A stretch of DNA of 64,000 nucleotides, taken from Octopus sinensis (lineage: Eukaryota). How positions within the stretch are numbered: the first letter of the stretch is position 1; each line of letters opens with the position of its first letter. Where the stretch lies: assembly GCF_006345805.1 (NCBI RefSeq), contig NC_043003.1, forward strand, positions 117,476,061 through 117,540,060. The letters run 5' to 3'. The position numbers and the translations under genes were made by a program. Below the pieces are notes generated by a model, which did no database searches, was not told the origin of the DNA, and was given only the letters and a program-made list of their open reading frames with translations. This document shows, in pieces, positions 11,084 through 23,668 of this stretch.

Positions 11084-12076
11084 TATATATATATATATAT
11101 AAAGATTAGGTTGCTATAGTTGGCATGTTTTTGGCCCTAACTCAACTGGATCCGGTTTGACATGGCGTTATACACCATCAACCACATCTCCATCCCCTTA
11201 TCTCATATGAAACCTTGACCTTAACCACCATCTCCCTAACAGAAACACTTCACCACACTATGACAGTGAATGTGGCCATTTAGCAGAGGTCAGAGCTTTA
11301 AACTGTTCCGGCTACCTACGCTCCAAGTTCAAATCCTGCCGAGGTTAACTTTACTTTTCCTGCCTTTATTCGATAAAGAAAATATCAGCGACTAGGGTTA
11401 ACGATTTCTATCTTCGTTCTACCTGTCGGAATTGGCCAGGTGAATTTGCCAAGAAAGAATTTCACATTGCAGGCCTAACAAGCCCTTCAGCACCATTCTG
11501 TGAATTGAACAAGCATGTAAGAACTGCAGTCATTCCAGGCCAGCATCGACTGGAACCACCACTAGCATCACACCACTTCTCCACAGCCATTGCCAATTCC
11601 ACGTTATAAATAACGAAATATCATGCGATGTTCGGTCTCAGAAAACAAAGAATATTGAATGCAAACAAAAGCTATGTTTAGTATTGAAAAAGAACAGAAA
11701 ATCGTACGCACGCGCACACACGTATACAGATACATCACGGACAGACACATACAGCGATACGCAAGCATACATCCATACGGCATTAATAAAATCAGTTTTA
11801 TGTTCATTTTAATTAAAGATACATCATCTCATTGGAGTCAGTAAAATAAATATAGAAGTTTTTCTGAACGCCGAAGGAGAATAACAACAAACGCAATTAT
11901 GTAAACGTATAGCCTTACACATATACAATTACATACACAAACACACACATAACAAATATGGCGCACAAACTTACAAGCTTGCTGAAATGTTCGTTCAAAT
12001 GAGTGTGGATATATAAAAGCGCTTATGAGTATAAATAATGTATATATTATTTATTAGGCATTGTGTATGTGTGTCT

Positions 12077-12119
<43 letters not shown>

Positions 12120-12730
12120 GTGGTGGGGTGTTTGTTTTAGATGATGTGTCTACACATCCCGGTCAAAAGGCTGAATACATTGATAAAAATAGTGCTTTAT
12201 ATTGCAATTCAGGATGTAGATGACAAATAAGCAATGCATTTCATTATAAAATAAGGAGATAAACAGTTAACAGTTTAAAAAATGCAAATGTTACTGCCAT
12301 ACGGTTGCATTTCTTTAGAGTTGCCGTTAATGCAGCAGCAATGCAATTTAGCGTTCTCGACCAAATATTGACTAGATCTAGAGTTACCTCCCGTGTCTCC
12401 AAGCCTTTCCAATCTAAGACAGACTAAACTCTGTAAGTTACAATTTTTTCTTAATATAATCCCAAGAATATGGTCAGTTCAATTCTGGGGAGTGATCAGG
12501 AAAATAATCCTAACCAATAGATTAATTATTAGATTCAATTCTTAATTAGATTAATTATTAGGTTTAATTCTTAATCTTTCATGGTTGCGCCAACATATTA
12601 GAATATAGTGTTATTCTGAAGGATAAAGAGGGTCTGTAATTTCATCTTCAAAATGTTAAAAGAGGTTTTAAAGTTCATGGTTTTACCTTGGAAATTCGCC
12701 AAATAGCATCTTTTCATTTGTAGAAATGCC

Positions 12731-12961
12731 TATTTCTTTACTACCCACAAGGGGCTAAACGCAGAAGGGACGAACAAGGAAAGACAAACGGATTAAGTCT
12801 ATTACATCGACCCCAGTGCGTAACTGGTACTTATTTAATCGACCCCGAAAGGATGAAGGGCAAAGTCGACCTCGGCGGAATTTGAACTCAGAACGTAGCG
12901 GCAGACGAAATACGGCTACGCATTTCGCCCGGCGTGCTAACGTTTCTGCCAGCTCGCCACC
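12731..12961 (-). mobile_element. Family C SINE with ~13-bp TSD
   Basis: Full-length reverse copy; TSD ttgtagaaat(g/a)cc at 12718-12730 and 12962-12974. Confidence 0.92.
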
Positions 12962-13480
12962 TTGTAGAAATACCGCCGCCTCCATACCACAATGGATGGG
13001 TATTGCTTGACTTGTGAAAGTATCTACCTGGATCCCACCTTAGCGTTGATGGACAACAAACAAATGGAATATTTGATACAAATTAATGGATGTGATGTCA
13101 CTAGAGAGGCTTTTAAATGTAAACCCATATAAATGTATATTTATACATGAATAATTTTGAAATTCATTCATATGTGTTTTAGAATACATAAAATGAGATA
13201 TTCATGCCCGGGCATATTTACTGCAATATGTTCCTGCAGCTTTCTCTGTTAATTACTTTTTCCTGCCGCTTCTAAGAAGACAAAATCCCATTAGTTACAC
13301 ACAACACAAATATCGCTCATCCTATTTCATCTCCTTCCAACTCAACAGAATATTCTACATATTTCTGCCATTCATTAAAATTGGCAGAACAAATGTTCTT
13401 ACCTTCAGTTTGATTTGGAGGTTGCTGTACTTCTTCAACCCAAAATTCACGCAAAGTCTATCTAATCAGTATTAACGTTT

Positions 13481-14072
13481 CGAGCTGGCAGAAACGTTAG
13501 CACGCCGGGCGAAATGCTTAGCAGTGTTTCGTCTGCCGCTATGTTCTAAGTTCAAATTCCACCGAGGTCGATTTTGCCTTTCATCCTTTCGGGATCGAGA
13601 ATTAAGTACCAGTTACGCACTGGGGTCGATATAATCGACTTAATCCGTTTGTCTGTCCTTGTTTGTCCTCTCTGTGTTTAGCCCCTTGTGGTAGTAAAGA
13701 AATAGGTATTTCGTTTGTCTTTACGTCCTGAGTTCAAATTCCGCCGAGGTCGACTTTGCCTTTCATCCTTTCGGGGTTGATAAAATAAATACCAGTTACG
13801 CACTGGGGTGGATATAATCCACTTAATCCGTTTGTCTGTCCTTGTTTGTTCTCTCTGTGTTTAGCCCCTTGTGGGTAGTAAAGAAATAGGTATTTCGTCT
13901 GCCGTTACGTTCTGAGTTCAAATTCCACCGAGGTCGACTTTGCCTTTCATCCTTTCGGGATCGAGAATTAAGTACCAGTTACGCACTGGGGTCGATATAA
14001 TCGACTTGATCCGTTTGTCTGTCCTTGTTTGTCCTCTCTGTGTTTGGCCCCTTCTGGGTAGTAAAGAAATGG
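13481..14072 (+). mobile_element. Family C SINE trimer (one head, three ~183-bp bodies)
   Basis: Body repeated three times with junction aaagaaatag|gtatttcgt. Confidence 0.92.
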
Positions 14073-14740
14073 GTATTAACTTTCGTAAGCATACTGTTGA
14101 CTTTATCGTCACTAGAGACAACCTTTGAATGAGGACTGCCAGGGTATATTAACAGGACAATGACAATTTGAGCTGGATCTTCATTGTGGCTGTAGCAGCT
14201 GCATACTCCATAGCGTATGTGAGGCTGGTTGATAAATAGTTTTGCTAGTTTTAGTGTTAGCGGTTTGATAGACATTATCGTAAGCAGCCGTGAATCTGTT
14301 CATTCACTAATTTAGTCTCAGTATCTCATACACTGAACTTAAAAGATAAACGTCATCTGCAATCAAAAACCTACACACAGTGCCTTCCTTCTATTACGTT
14401 TCGATTCACAGGAGCCTGCTATCAAAACCATTAGATATGGTGGGGCCATCTTCTATGTTCTGCAACACAACGCTTAGTTAAGATTTTTCCCTTCTTTCAA
14501 ACTGATTTACGTAGCAGTTCCCCGGCGATTCCCAGCAGAGTGAATTTAGCGAACTAGTCAACTGTAGACATGTAACTGCCAGCACTAGTGTTCACACATA
14601 GCTTCGTATAAAATAAACAGAATAAGTGTTATTACTAACAGCTGAAAGACGAATGAGAAAACAGTTGTGTATATTTTATATAAATTTGGCGGCAGTGTTT
14701 GTGTGTGTGTGTGTGTACATGTAGGTTGTTGTGTATTATA

Positions 14741-14904
14741 GGCGTACGCGTGGCTGTGTGGTAAGTAGCTTGCTTACCAACCACATGGTTTCGGGTTCAT
14801 TCCCATTGCGTGGCACCTTGGGCAACTGTTTTCTACTATAGTCTCGGGCCGACGAAAACCTTGTGAGCAGATTTGGCAAATGAAAACTGAAAGAAGCTCG
14901 TCGC

Positions 14905-14968
<64 letters not shown>

Positions 14969-15170
14969 TTGTGTATTTGTGTTTGTCTCCCACCATCGCT
15001 TCACAACCGAGGTTGGCGCGTTTACGCCTCGTAACTTAGCTGTTCGGCAAAACAAACGATAGAATAAGTACTAACTTACAAAGAATAAGTCCTGGAGTCG
15101 ATTGATTTTTTTCAACTAAAGGCGGTGCTCCAGCATTGCCGCAATTAAATAACTGAAACACATAAAAGAA
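14741..15170 (+). mobile_element. Family A SINE, full length, diverged
   Basis: Head ggcgtacgcgtggctgtgtggtaag, internal (TG)n, tail. Confidence 0.88.
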
Positions 15171-15999
15171 TATATTTTATTGTGAGGTTGTGCAATATAT
15201 GCATTGATGTGGGTATGCTGTGTTTGCGCTGAAAAACTTGTTTCAGTTCAGTTTCAAAAGCTAATTCTAAAAATATTCAATTTTGTTTTCTGTTCTGAAA
15301 CTTCTGCGACTGAATCCACAGCCAAACTATTTGACCCTCTTCGGCCCAGCCCACCTCTCTAGAAAACAAGCTTCACAGAGTGTTAATAGTACAGTGCACC
15401 GTTACAGCACTGTAAGCAATGTATATTTAATGAGCTTTATTTTTTGAAAAAATTCAAATCCATTTGTGAGTGTTGTTTTATACAGAGATAGACAGGGAAA
15501 GAGAGGAAAATGCAAGCAAATTGCCATTTGAATATTATTGTATTCAAACACACATGGATACTGTTGTGTGCGTATTTACATATGATCGAAATTATAGATG
15601 CATATATGTAAACAAAATATCGAGCAGAATGAATAATACATAAATCCTACTGTGTGTGTGTATCTACTTCTATATAATCATGTATATATATGCGTGCATG
15701 TATGTATATTTGGTTCGTGTATATTTAGATATGTTGTGCATTTGGAATCGCATTAGTATTATACAAACAAGATAGATATATAAGCACACGCACAAACTCA
15801 CGTCTTTGTAAGTACACACAAACACACGTACACACACATCCACTCGTGAAAAAATTATGTATATGTGCATAGATAGATACGTACGTAGGAACGTGCGTAC
15901 ATAAGTAAATATAGATAATATATATTTATCGAGAGAGAGAAAAAAGTGGGAGAAGACATAGGAGAAAAATATAGATGTCGATAAATATATAAAAATCAT

Positions 16000-16024
16000 T
16001 ATCATATATATATACACATACATG

Positions 16025-16059
<35 letters not shown>

Positions 16060-16115
16060 TATATATATTCATACATACTATATAAATATATATACGTATA
16101 TATATCCATATGTGT

Positions 16116-16162
<47 letters not shown>

Positions 16163-16207
16163 ATTTATATACATACATATTATACATATATATACGTATA
16201 TATATCC

Positions 16208-16243
<36 letters not shown>

Positions 16244-16351
16244 ATATATATATAATATATATATATACATATTATACATATATATACATTAGTATATATA
16301 TAATATATATATATATATATTATATATACATATATATATACTATATATGCA

Positions 16352-16387
<36 letters not shown>

Positions 16388-16606
16388 CATACATAATATA
16401 CATATTATACGTATATATATCCATTATATCTATATATATAGAGAGAGAGAGATACATAATATAGACATATATAGCAGATATATATACTATATATATATAT
16501 ATATAATACATACATATATGTATCGTCATTATTCATGGGTTTACTATCATCTTCATCCTCGTTATCACTATTATGATTGTGATCGTCATTATTATTATTA
16601 TTATTA

Positions 16607-16655
<49 letters not shown>
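16000..16655. repeat. (TA)n-rich array followed by (ATT)n
   Basis: Direct inspection. Confidence 0.93.
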
Positions 16656-16656
<1 letters not shown>

Positions 16657-17248
16657 GCAGCTTTATTAATGCTATTTATATCATTTTTTTAATGTTTATA
16701 TTACTGTCATTATTAACGTTTCTGCCTATTATCGAAGCCGCTGTCACGCCAGTCATGTTAACTACAATTAAAACTTGAATATTAATGTCGGTAAAAGCAC
16801 ATTTTTTTTATAAATCTAATCACAATAATTAAAAGTGATGCTAGATTCTAGATTAAACGTGATTTCAGGAAAAGAATTCTTACAGCCATTCCCATTAACT
16901 CGTTCCGATGACAGATTGCTATGATATTACCCAAAAGTTATCTCCCAATATCTTCACCCACAGAAAATGGCGCTTCAATTGTTTCTGTTCAAGTTTAGAA
17001 AACACTTTTTTCCTAAATTTCAGCCGTGTTGTCTTCCACTGATGCTGAATATATTCACACACACAATGACAGCAAATTGGATAAGTTTACCGAGGTATAC
17101 CACAGGAAGAAAATAACTTGTATCCTTAGACAGATACCGTTTCCACATAATGCAGCTCTTGTTAGCTACATCCTTGACGTCTTTCAACACAACATAGTTT
17201 AATTTTCCAATCTATGCAAAGTTGGCCCTGCTTATCAAGAATTTCTCA

Positions 17249-17665
17249 GGCGTGGCTCTGTGGTAAGAAGTTTGCTTCCCAACCACAAGGTTCCGGGTTC
17301 AGTCCCAGTTGCATGGCACTGTGAGCGACTGTCTTCTATTATAACCATGAGTTAACCAAAGCCTTGCCAGCGTTTTTGGTAGACAGAAATTGAAAGAAGC
17401 ATGCCATTTTATACATATATGTGCGAGTAAGAGAGATAGGGGGAGAGTGTTTGTGTGTATGTGTGTGTCCACCACTGCTTGATAACTCTTGTTGATGTGT
17501 TTACGTCCGCATAACTTAGTGGTTCGACAAAAGAAGCCGATACAAGTATCACCAAGTTTAAAGATAAAACATAAGTACTAATGGCGATTCGTTCGATTAA
17601 AATTCTTGAAGGCTGTGCCCCAGAATGGTCGCAGTCTAATGACTGAAACAAGTCGAAAATAAAAC
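17249..17665 (+). mobile_element. Older, diverged family A-like SINE
   Basis: ggcgtggctctgtggtaagaagtttgcttcccaaccacaaggttccgggttcagtccc...gatgtgtttacgtcc...gcagtctaatgactgaaacaag. Confidence 0.8.
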
Positions 17666-18099
17666 GATCAGAATTTTTTTCAGTACTTATGTCGTGTGAT
17701 CCATGGTCATACCTGGCTGAAAAAAAAACTATCATCAAAGGTATTGCAACCATTAACATCCAGATTCCCACAATCTGTTAAGCCTTCTTCCTTTAATAAA
17801 GTGACAGGTAGTGATAAGAGGGACATTTGGCTGCTATTTCCAGCAGGTATAGCTACCTCATTGCTCAATCATCCCATTTTTGTTTATAGTACCTCAAACT
17901 AACATTATCCAACATGTTCCTCTTTTTTTAATCAGTAAGGTGATTAGGTTTTTAATTTTTGCAGATGAACCTCCACTCGGTTCCATTATCTGATCATTCT
18001 CATAAATATTAATGAGGCAGCGTGGAAATGCAACAACGGCAGTGTGTTCTACTAGACTCCATATAATTTTGGGTTTTGTACATGTATATTGTAAGTTAA

Positions 18100-18486
18100 G
18101 GAGGCGCAATGGCCCAGTGGTTAGGGCAGCGGACTCGCGGTCGGAGGATCGCGGTTTCGATTCCCAGACCGGGCGTTGTGTGTGTTTATTGAGCGAAAAC
18201 ACCTAAAAGCTCCACGAGGCTCCTGCAGGGGGTGGTGGCGACCCCTGTTGTACTCTTTCGCCGCAACTTTCTCTCACTCCACTCTTACTTCCTGTTTCTG
18301 TTCTACCTGTATTTCAAGGGGCCGGCCTTGTCACTCTCTGTGTCACGCTGAATATCCCTGAGAACTACCTTAAGGGTGCACGTGTCTGTGGAGTGCTCAG
18401 CCACTTACACGTTAATTTCACGAGCAGGCTGTTCCGTTGATCGGATCAACCGGAACCCTCATCGTCGTAACCGACAGAGTGCTTCC
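18100..18486 (+). mobile_element. Family B SINE (tRNA-Arg(TCG)-like head) with 12-bp TSD
   Basis: Head TGGCCCAGTGG (A box), GACTCGCGGTC (TCG anticodon arm), GGTTTCGATTCC (B box); TSD ATTGTAAGTTAA at 18088-18099 and 18487-18498. May correspond to a published Octopus OR-type SINE (not verified). Confidence 0.92.
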
Positions 18487-18974
18487 ATTGTAAGTTAAAA
18501 TTACCTTTCAGAGTTGAATCAAATATTTACCTGCCAGGTGTGGCGTCGATTGAATAGAACACACCATATCGCTACAAACAAAGTCTTAATTTTGCACCAA
18601 ATTGATGTTATTTCTAAAATACAGATCAGTCTTTACAGAGCAACCCAATCCCTAAAGTTATTCTCGTCATGACGAGCCCATGCTACAGCAACCTTTCTAA
18701 TGTGTTCTTTCTTTCTTGAAGAGAATGGGGTAGAAGATAAATAAAATTTCGCCGTTATTTTAAGCAGTTCGACATAATGTCTCGCTCAGTGCCTCATGGG
18801 TGCACAGATCGATCGTATTATGAGACTGAATACTTTGAAAAATTTTCAGTTCCAAATATCTCTAATCGGATTTCAAATCCAACTGAAGTAGCTCTGGTCT
18901 TTCAACAACAGAGTGACGGGAAGCTATAGCAGCTGAATGTTCTGCACAGTAATTATATATGCTTCATTTAAAAG

Positions 18975-19089
18975 CAGCAAAAATATAACTCAGAGTTTCG
19001 CGTTTCCGCTCGTCGGACAGTTTTGTTTTCTATTTTAACAAAACTGTCCGATGAACGGGAACGTGAAACTCTGCGTAACAGCTTTTGTT
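18975..19089. ncRNA. Back-to-back inverted pair of type I hammerhead-ribozyme-like motifs
   Basis: Plus: AACAAAA-CTGT-CCGATGA-ACG-GGAA-CGT-GAAAC-TCTGC-GTA-ACAG-C-TTTTGTT (19037-19089). Minus: AACAAAA-CTGT-CCGACGA-GCG-GAAA-CGC-GAAAC-TCTGA-GTT (19027-18987). Confidence 0.6.
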
Positions 19090-19698
19090 ATATTTCTACT
19101 GCTTTTCAATAAAGCATATTACTCTACCTCTGGAATTTGAGTACTCTTTTTTTCCACCTTGTTTCACATTTATATGCTTACTCCGGTAATTATATATATA
19201 CAGTTGTGCGTTATTCGAGTTAACTCCATTGTTTTTTTCTTTTAAGCCTATCTTGTGCAAGTTTTTGACTACTAATAGCATAGATTATATCGAATTTTTC
19301 AAACCACTAATATATACACACACATATATGTACATATATATATATATGTATGTGTGTGTGTATACATGCACACAGGGCCGTCGCTAAGCCCTTGTAACCC
19401 CTGCGGTTGAGGGACCCCACGTTAAGATCAAACTACATAGATGAACCATGTATTTACTTTGGTTAAGATGTTAACTGAAAATTTCGAGTCAGACAAGGAA
19501 AAAAAGATACGAGGGTGCACCGTAAATAAATTTAAAAGAAACGAAAGAAAGTAAATGGAAAAGGCTTTCAACGAATTCCCTAGGGAATATATATATATAT
19601 TGTAAATGTAATATGTGACAATTGTCACATATTACATTTACAGATAAGTTCCTCTATGTAAATAATATCTAGGTCTCTTTCATTCTTTTGTTGTCTTA

Positions 19699-19740
<42 letters not shown>

Positions 19741-20262
19741 TATCATTTAGATATAGTAGGCCCCTTCATCTCACCATATAAAAAAGAATTTTTATTTTAA
19801 ATACCTACTGTTTTATAACTTGGCTACACGTGTTTCATGTGGTACATTTCCCGGTTCCTAAACCACTCCGTGTTTTGCTGGAACCCTTCTTAAAATGTCA
19901 CCCCAAACATCAGGTCCTTATATCACTTTATCATCGGTCAATACTATAAACTATATTTTATTTTTTTTAAACCCATGAGTATGTGTAAATAAGGTTCGCT
20001 GGACCCTACAGTACAAGCCATAATTCAGATAAAAAATTCAAATAAAAAATTACAAAAATAAAAATAAAAATTACAAAAATAAAATAAGAAATAAAAAGGC
20101 GAAAAAATACGAAAAATTTACAAAATCTATGTTAGTAATATATAGGGTTAAAAATAAAATATATACTTGTGATAATATAAAATGATATAAAATGAAAGGA
20201 ATGGCAAAAAAGTATATACGAATAAAAATAAATAAAAGTATATAAAAGTATATATATGGCGT

Positions 20263-20365
20263 CCTACAGTGTGGCACCTTGGGGAAGTTCCTTCTACTAT
20301 AGCTTTGGGCCGACTAAGGACTTCTGGGTGGAACTGGTAGACGGAAACTGAAAGAAGCCTATCGC

Positions 20366-20396
<31 letters not shown>

Positions 20397-20605
20397 CTGA
20401 GTGTCTGTGTTTGTCCACCCCCAACATCGCTTCACAACCAATATTGGTGTGTTTACGTGCCGTAACTTAGCGGCTCGGCAAAAGAGACCGATATAATAAG
20501 TACTAGGCTTACAAAGAATAAGTCCCGGGGTCGATTTGCTCGACTAAAGGTGGTGCTCCAGCATGGCTGCAGTCAAAATGACTGAAACAGGTAAAAGGAT
20601 GAAAA
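20263..20605 (+). mobile_element. 5'-truncated family A SINE
   Basis: Starts at cagtgtggcaccttgggg; body and tail present. Confidence 0.85.
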
Positions 20606-20672
20606 AATTATATGAAGCGCAATATACTTGAAAACTATTCCCAAATTTCATTTTTAGCCATAGATTTCCTTT

Positions 20673-20710
<38 letters not shown>

Positions 20711-21215
20711 TTCTTTCTTTCAATCTCACATTTATGTATTTAAGCTTTTATGCATTCATTCTTTCTTTTAATCAATCATTTTCTTTTATTGGCTCATTGT
20801 ACGATTTCTCGAGTAAATTTTAGTGTTTCGTTGTCTCAACAAAATTATGGCGCTTTCATGAATAATGAAAGCAAATTTCGTTCGGGACATCGCCCACTAT
20901 GTAAATAGTTCGAGGCATGACTTTGATTAAATCAACCAATTTCTACACATCGACTTCTACTTGAAATTATATTACAAACCGCAATTTCTGATGTTTATCA
21001 ACTTAATAACATTGCTTCCGGAAATCAGCCATAGCTTACGGGCTAAGGCAGTAATTTTTAATAAAACAGTGAAACACCTTGTTCAAACGCAGCTTCCATA
21101 TACATTCTATAGTTAAGTCTGACAAAATATTTATAGCACACACACGCTCTCTAACTCCCATTAGTGAACATATGTAGCATGTATATATACATATGCAGTA
21201 TATATATAATATGTA

Positions 21216-21255
<40 letters not shown>

Positions 21256-21289
21256 TATATATATATATATATATTCTACTCTAGCCACA

Positions 21290-21480
21290 ACGCCTTTCGG
21301 GGGAGGTTGAGCTAACCGATTAGATCGATCCCAAGTACGCAACTGGTACTTAATTTATTCGACCACGAAATGATGAAAGACAAAGTCGACTTCGGCGGAA
21401 TTTGAACTCAGAATGAAAACACAGACGAAATACGGCTAATCATTTCGCCCGGCGTTGCTAACGTTTCTGCCAATGCGCCT
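21290..21480 (-). mobile_element. Family C SINE, diverged
   Basis: gatcgatcccaagtacgcaactggtacttaatttattcgaccacgaa...gaatttgaactcag...gctaacgtttctgcca. Confidence 0.8.
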
Positions 21481-21664
21481 GTTACATACAAAAAGAAATT
21501 TTAGAATAGAGTACGGTAGATAATTATCAGACCATGTATGTATACATATACCTATATATAATATGTGTGTGTGTGTGTGTATTTTGTTTTGTATGTATAT
21601 ATATATATATATATATATATAGATATATATAATATATATATATATATTTATATATTATATATTA

Positions 21665-21734
<70 letters not shown>

Positions 21735-21847
21735 CGCGAGAGCGAGCGCTACTAATGAATGTATCCCAAAAGGCACAAATCGAAATATCTCAATTCAGAT
21801 ATTGTTATTAAATGTAATCGATAGAGTGCACAATAATACAATAAATA

Positions 21848-22250
21848 AGGCGGCGAGCTGGCAGAATCGTTAGCACGCCGGGCGAAATGCTTAGCGGTAT
21901 TTAGTCTACCGTTACGTTCTGAGTTCAAATTCCGCCGAGGTCGACTTTGCCTTTCATCCTTTTGGGGTCGATAAATTAAGCACCAGTTACGCACTGGGGT
22001 CGATGTAATCGACTTAATACTTATGTATGTCCTTGTTTGTCCTCTCTGTGCTTATCCCCTTGTGGGTAATAAAGAAATAGGTATTTCGTCTGTCTTTACG
22101 TTCTGAGTTCAAATTCTGTCGAGGTCCACTTTGCCTTTCATCCTTTCGCGGTCGATAGATTAAGCACCAGTTTCGTACTGTGGTTGATCTAATCAACTGG
22201 CCTCCTCCTCTAAAAATTTTGGGCCTTGTGCCTAGAGTAGAATAGAATAT
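21848..22250 (+). mobile_element. Family C SINE dimer
   Basis: Full unit, then aaagaaatag|gtatttcgtc junction and a second body with the alternative tail (ggcctcctcc...gggccttgtgcctagagtagaa). Confidence 0.88.
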
Positions 22251-22604
22251 TAAAGTATGGTGCCGCGGCGATCGTTTGTAAACGACTATAAACATGCGAA
22301 GAAATAATGGGATGAGGACAGCGATCCCTTTTTATTGTGAGCCCTTTTAAAAGTGCAGTAAGGTACATACAAGCGCGTGCATACACACACACACACTTAA
22401 AGACTCACACAGAGGCCCACACACGCACACTTTCACATACACACCTCCGACACGGGTAAGTTTCCGGAAAAGGAGAAAAAAGAAAATTGGAGACTAGCCC
22501 CAGTGGCCCTTTATCAGGGCGCTGTGTGAAAAGTTTGCTAGATGCGGAGGAAATTTAGCTATCACAGACAGGTATAGGTAGCCTAATAAGATTTATATAT
22601 ACGC

Positions 22605-22635
<31 letters not shown>

Positions 22636-22706
22636 CACCACACCCATATATATATAGATAATTATATATATATATTATATTATTATATATTATATATGTG
22701 TGTTAA

Positions 22707-23003
22707 GGCGCAATGGCCCAGTGGTTAGAGCAGCGGACTCGCAGTTGTAGGATCGCGGTTTCGATTCCCAGACCGGGCGTTGTGAGTAAAAACACCTAAA
22801 GCTCCACGAGACTCCGGCAGGGGGTGATGGCGATCCCTGCTGTACTCTTTCGCTACAACTTTCTCTCACTCATTCTTCTGTTGGCCTGCTCGCTTAGCCA
22901 GTGAGGTGGCGTCATTTGAAGGCTAAAGCAATGCGAAACGCATTGTGACCAGCGATATGTAGCAACATCTCATAGCCTGGTCGGTCACGTTGATCACGGT
23001 GAT
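22707..23003 (+). mobile_element. Family B-head SINE with alternative RTE-like 3' tail
   Basis: Same tRNA-Arg-like head and middle as 18100; diverges after ctctcactc into ...gcgaaacgcattgtgaccagcg.... Confidence 0.88.
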
Positions 23004-23296
23004 ATGTATATATAATATATATATATATATATATGTTCTACCCTACTGATCATATTATGTATATTTGTAGTGACTTTACGTAAGTAAATTTCCTTTCGAC
23101 TAAATCATATACCCCCTAGAAACTACAAAATCATACAATAACCCCTGTTACATTGCAAACCTCATCAGTCCGAAAACTCCTAACTGCCCTCGCTACACCC
23201 ACACCTACTTCCTCCTCTTTTCGGGTTCAATTTTTCTCTTCCCCACCTCGAATTTTAATCCCCTGTCTCTTTAAATGTAGGTTATATGTATTTCTT

Positions 23297-23668
23297 GTGG
23301 AGGCGCAATGGTTAGGGCAGCGGACTCGCGGTCGTAGGATCGCGGTTTCGATTCCCAGACCGGGCGTTGTGAGTGTTTATTGAGCGAAAACATCTAAAGC
23401 TCCACGAGCTCCGGCAGGGATGGTGGTGATCCCTGCTGTACTCTTTCACCACAACTTCTCTCACTCTTACTTCCTGTTTCTGTTGTACCTGTATTTCAAA
23501 GGGCCGCCTTGTCACTCTCTGTGTCACGCTGAATATACCCGAGAACTACGTTAAGGGTACACGTGTCTGTGGAGTGCTCAGCCACTTACACGTTAATTTC
23601 ACGAGCAGGCTGTTCCGTTGATCGGATCAACCGGAACCCTCATCGTCGTAACCGACGGAGTGCTTCCA
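23297..23668 (+). mobile_element. Family B SINE with 14-bp TSD (source of the 3' transduction)
   Basis: TSD TATATGTATTTCTT at 23283-23296 and 23669-23682; ~8-bp deletion in the A box. Confidence 0.92.

Noticed and set aside
13481-14072. CRISPR-like or satellite array
   Set aside because: Units are ~183-bp SINE bodies with no unique spacers; eukaryotic context, no cas genes.
18100-18175. tRNA-Arg(TCG) gene
   Set aside because: No proper acceptor stem; continues into a dispersed repeat body with a TSD, so it is a SINE head.
19502-19530. Mariner TIR (TACGAGGGTG...)
   Set aside because: No partner TIR or transposase sequence found nearby.
19815-19915. Another minus-strand hammerhead (ATGT-acc-ACAT-GAAAC-ACGT-GTA)
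   Set aside because: Stems II and III look right, but no CUGANGA core is correctly placed and stem I is unclear; at most a decayed copy.
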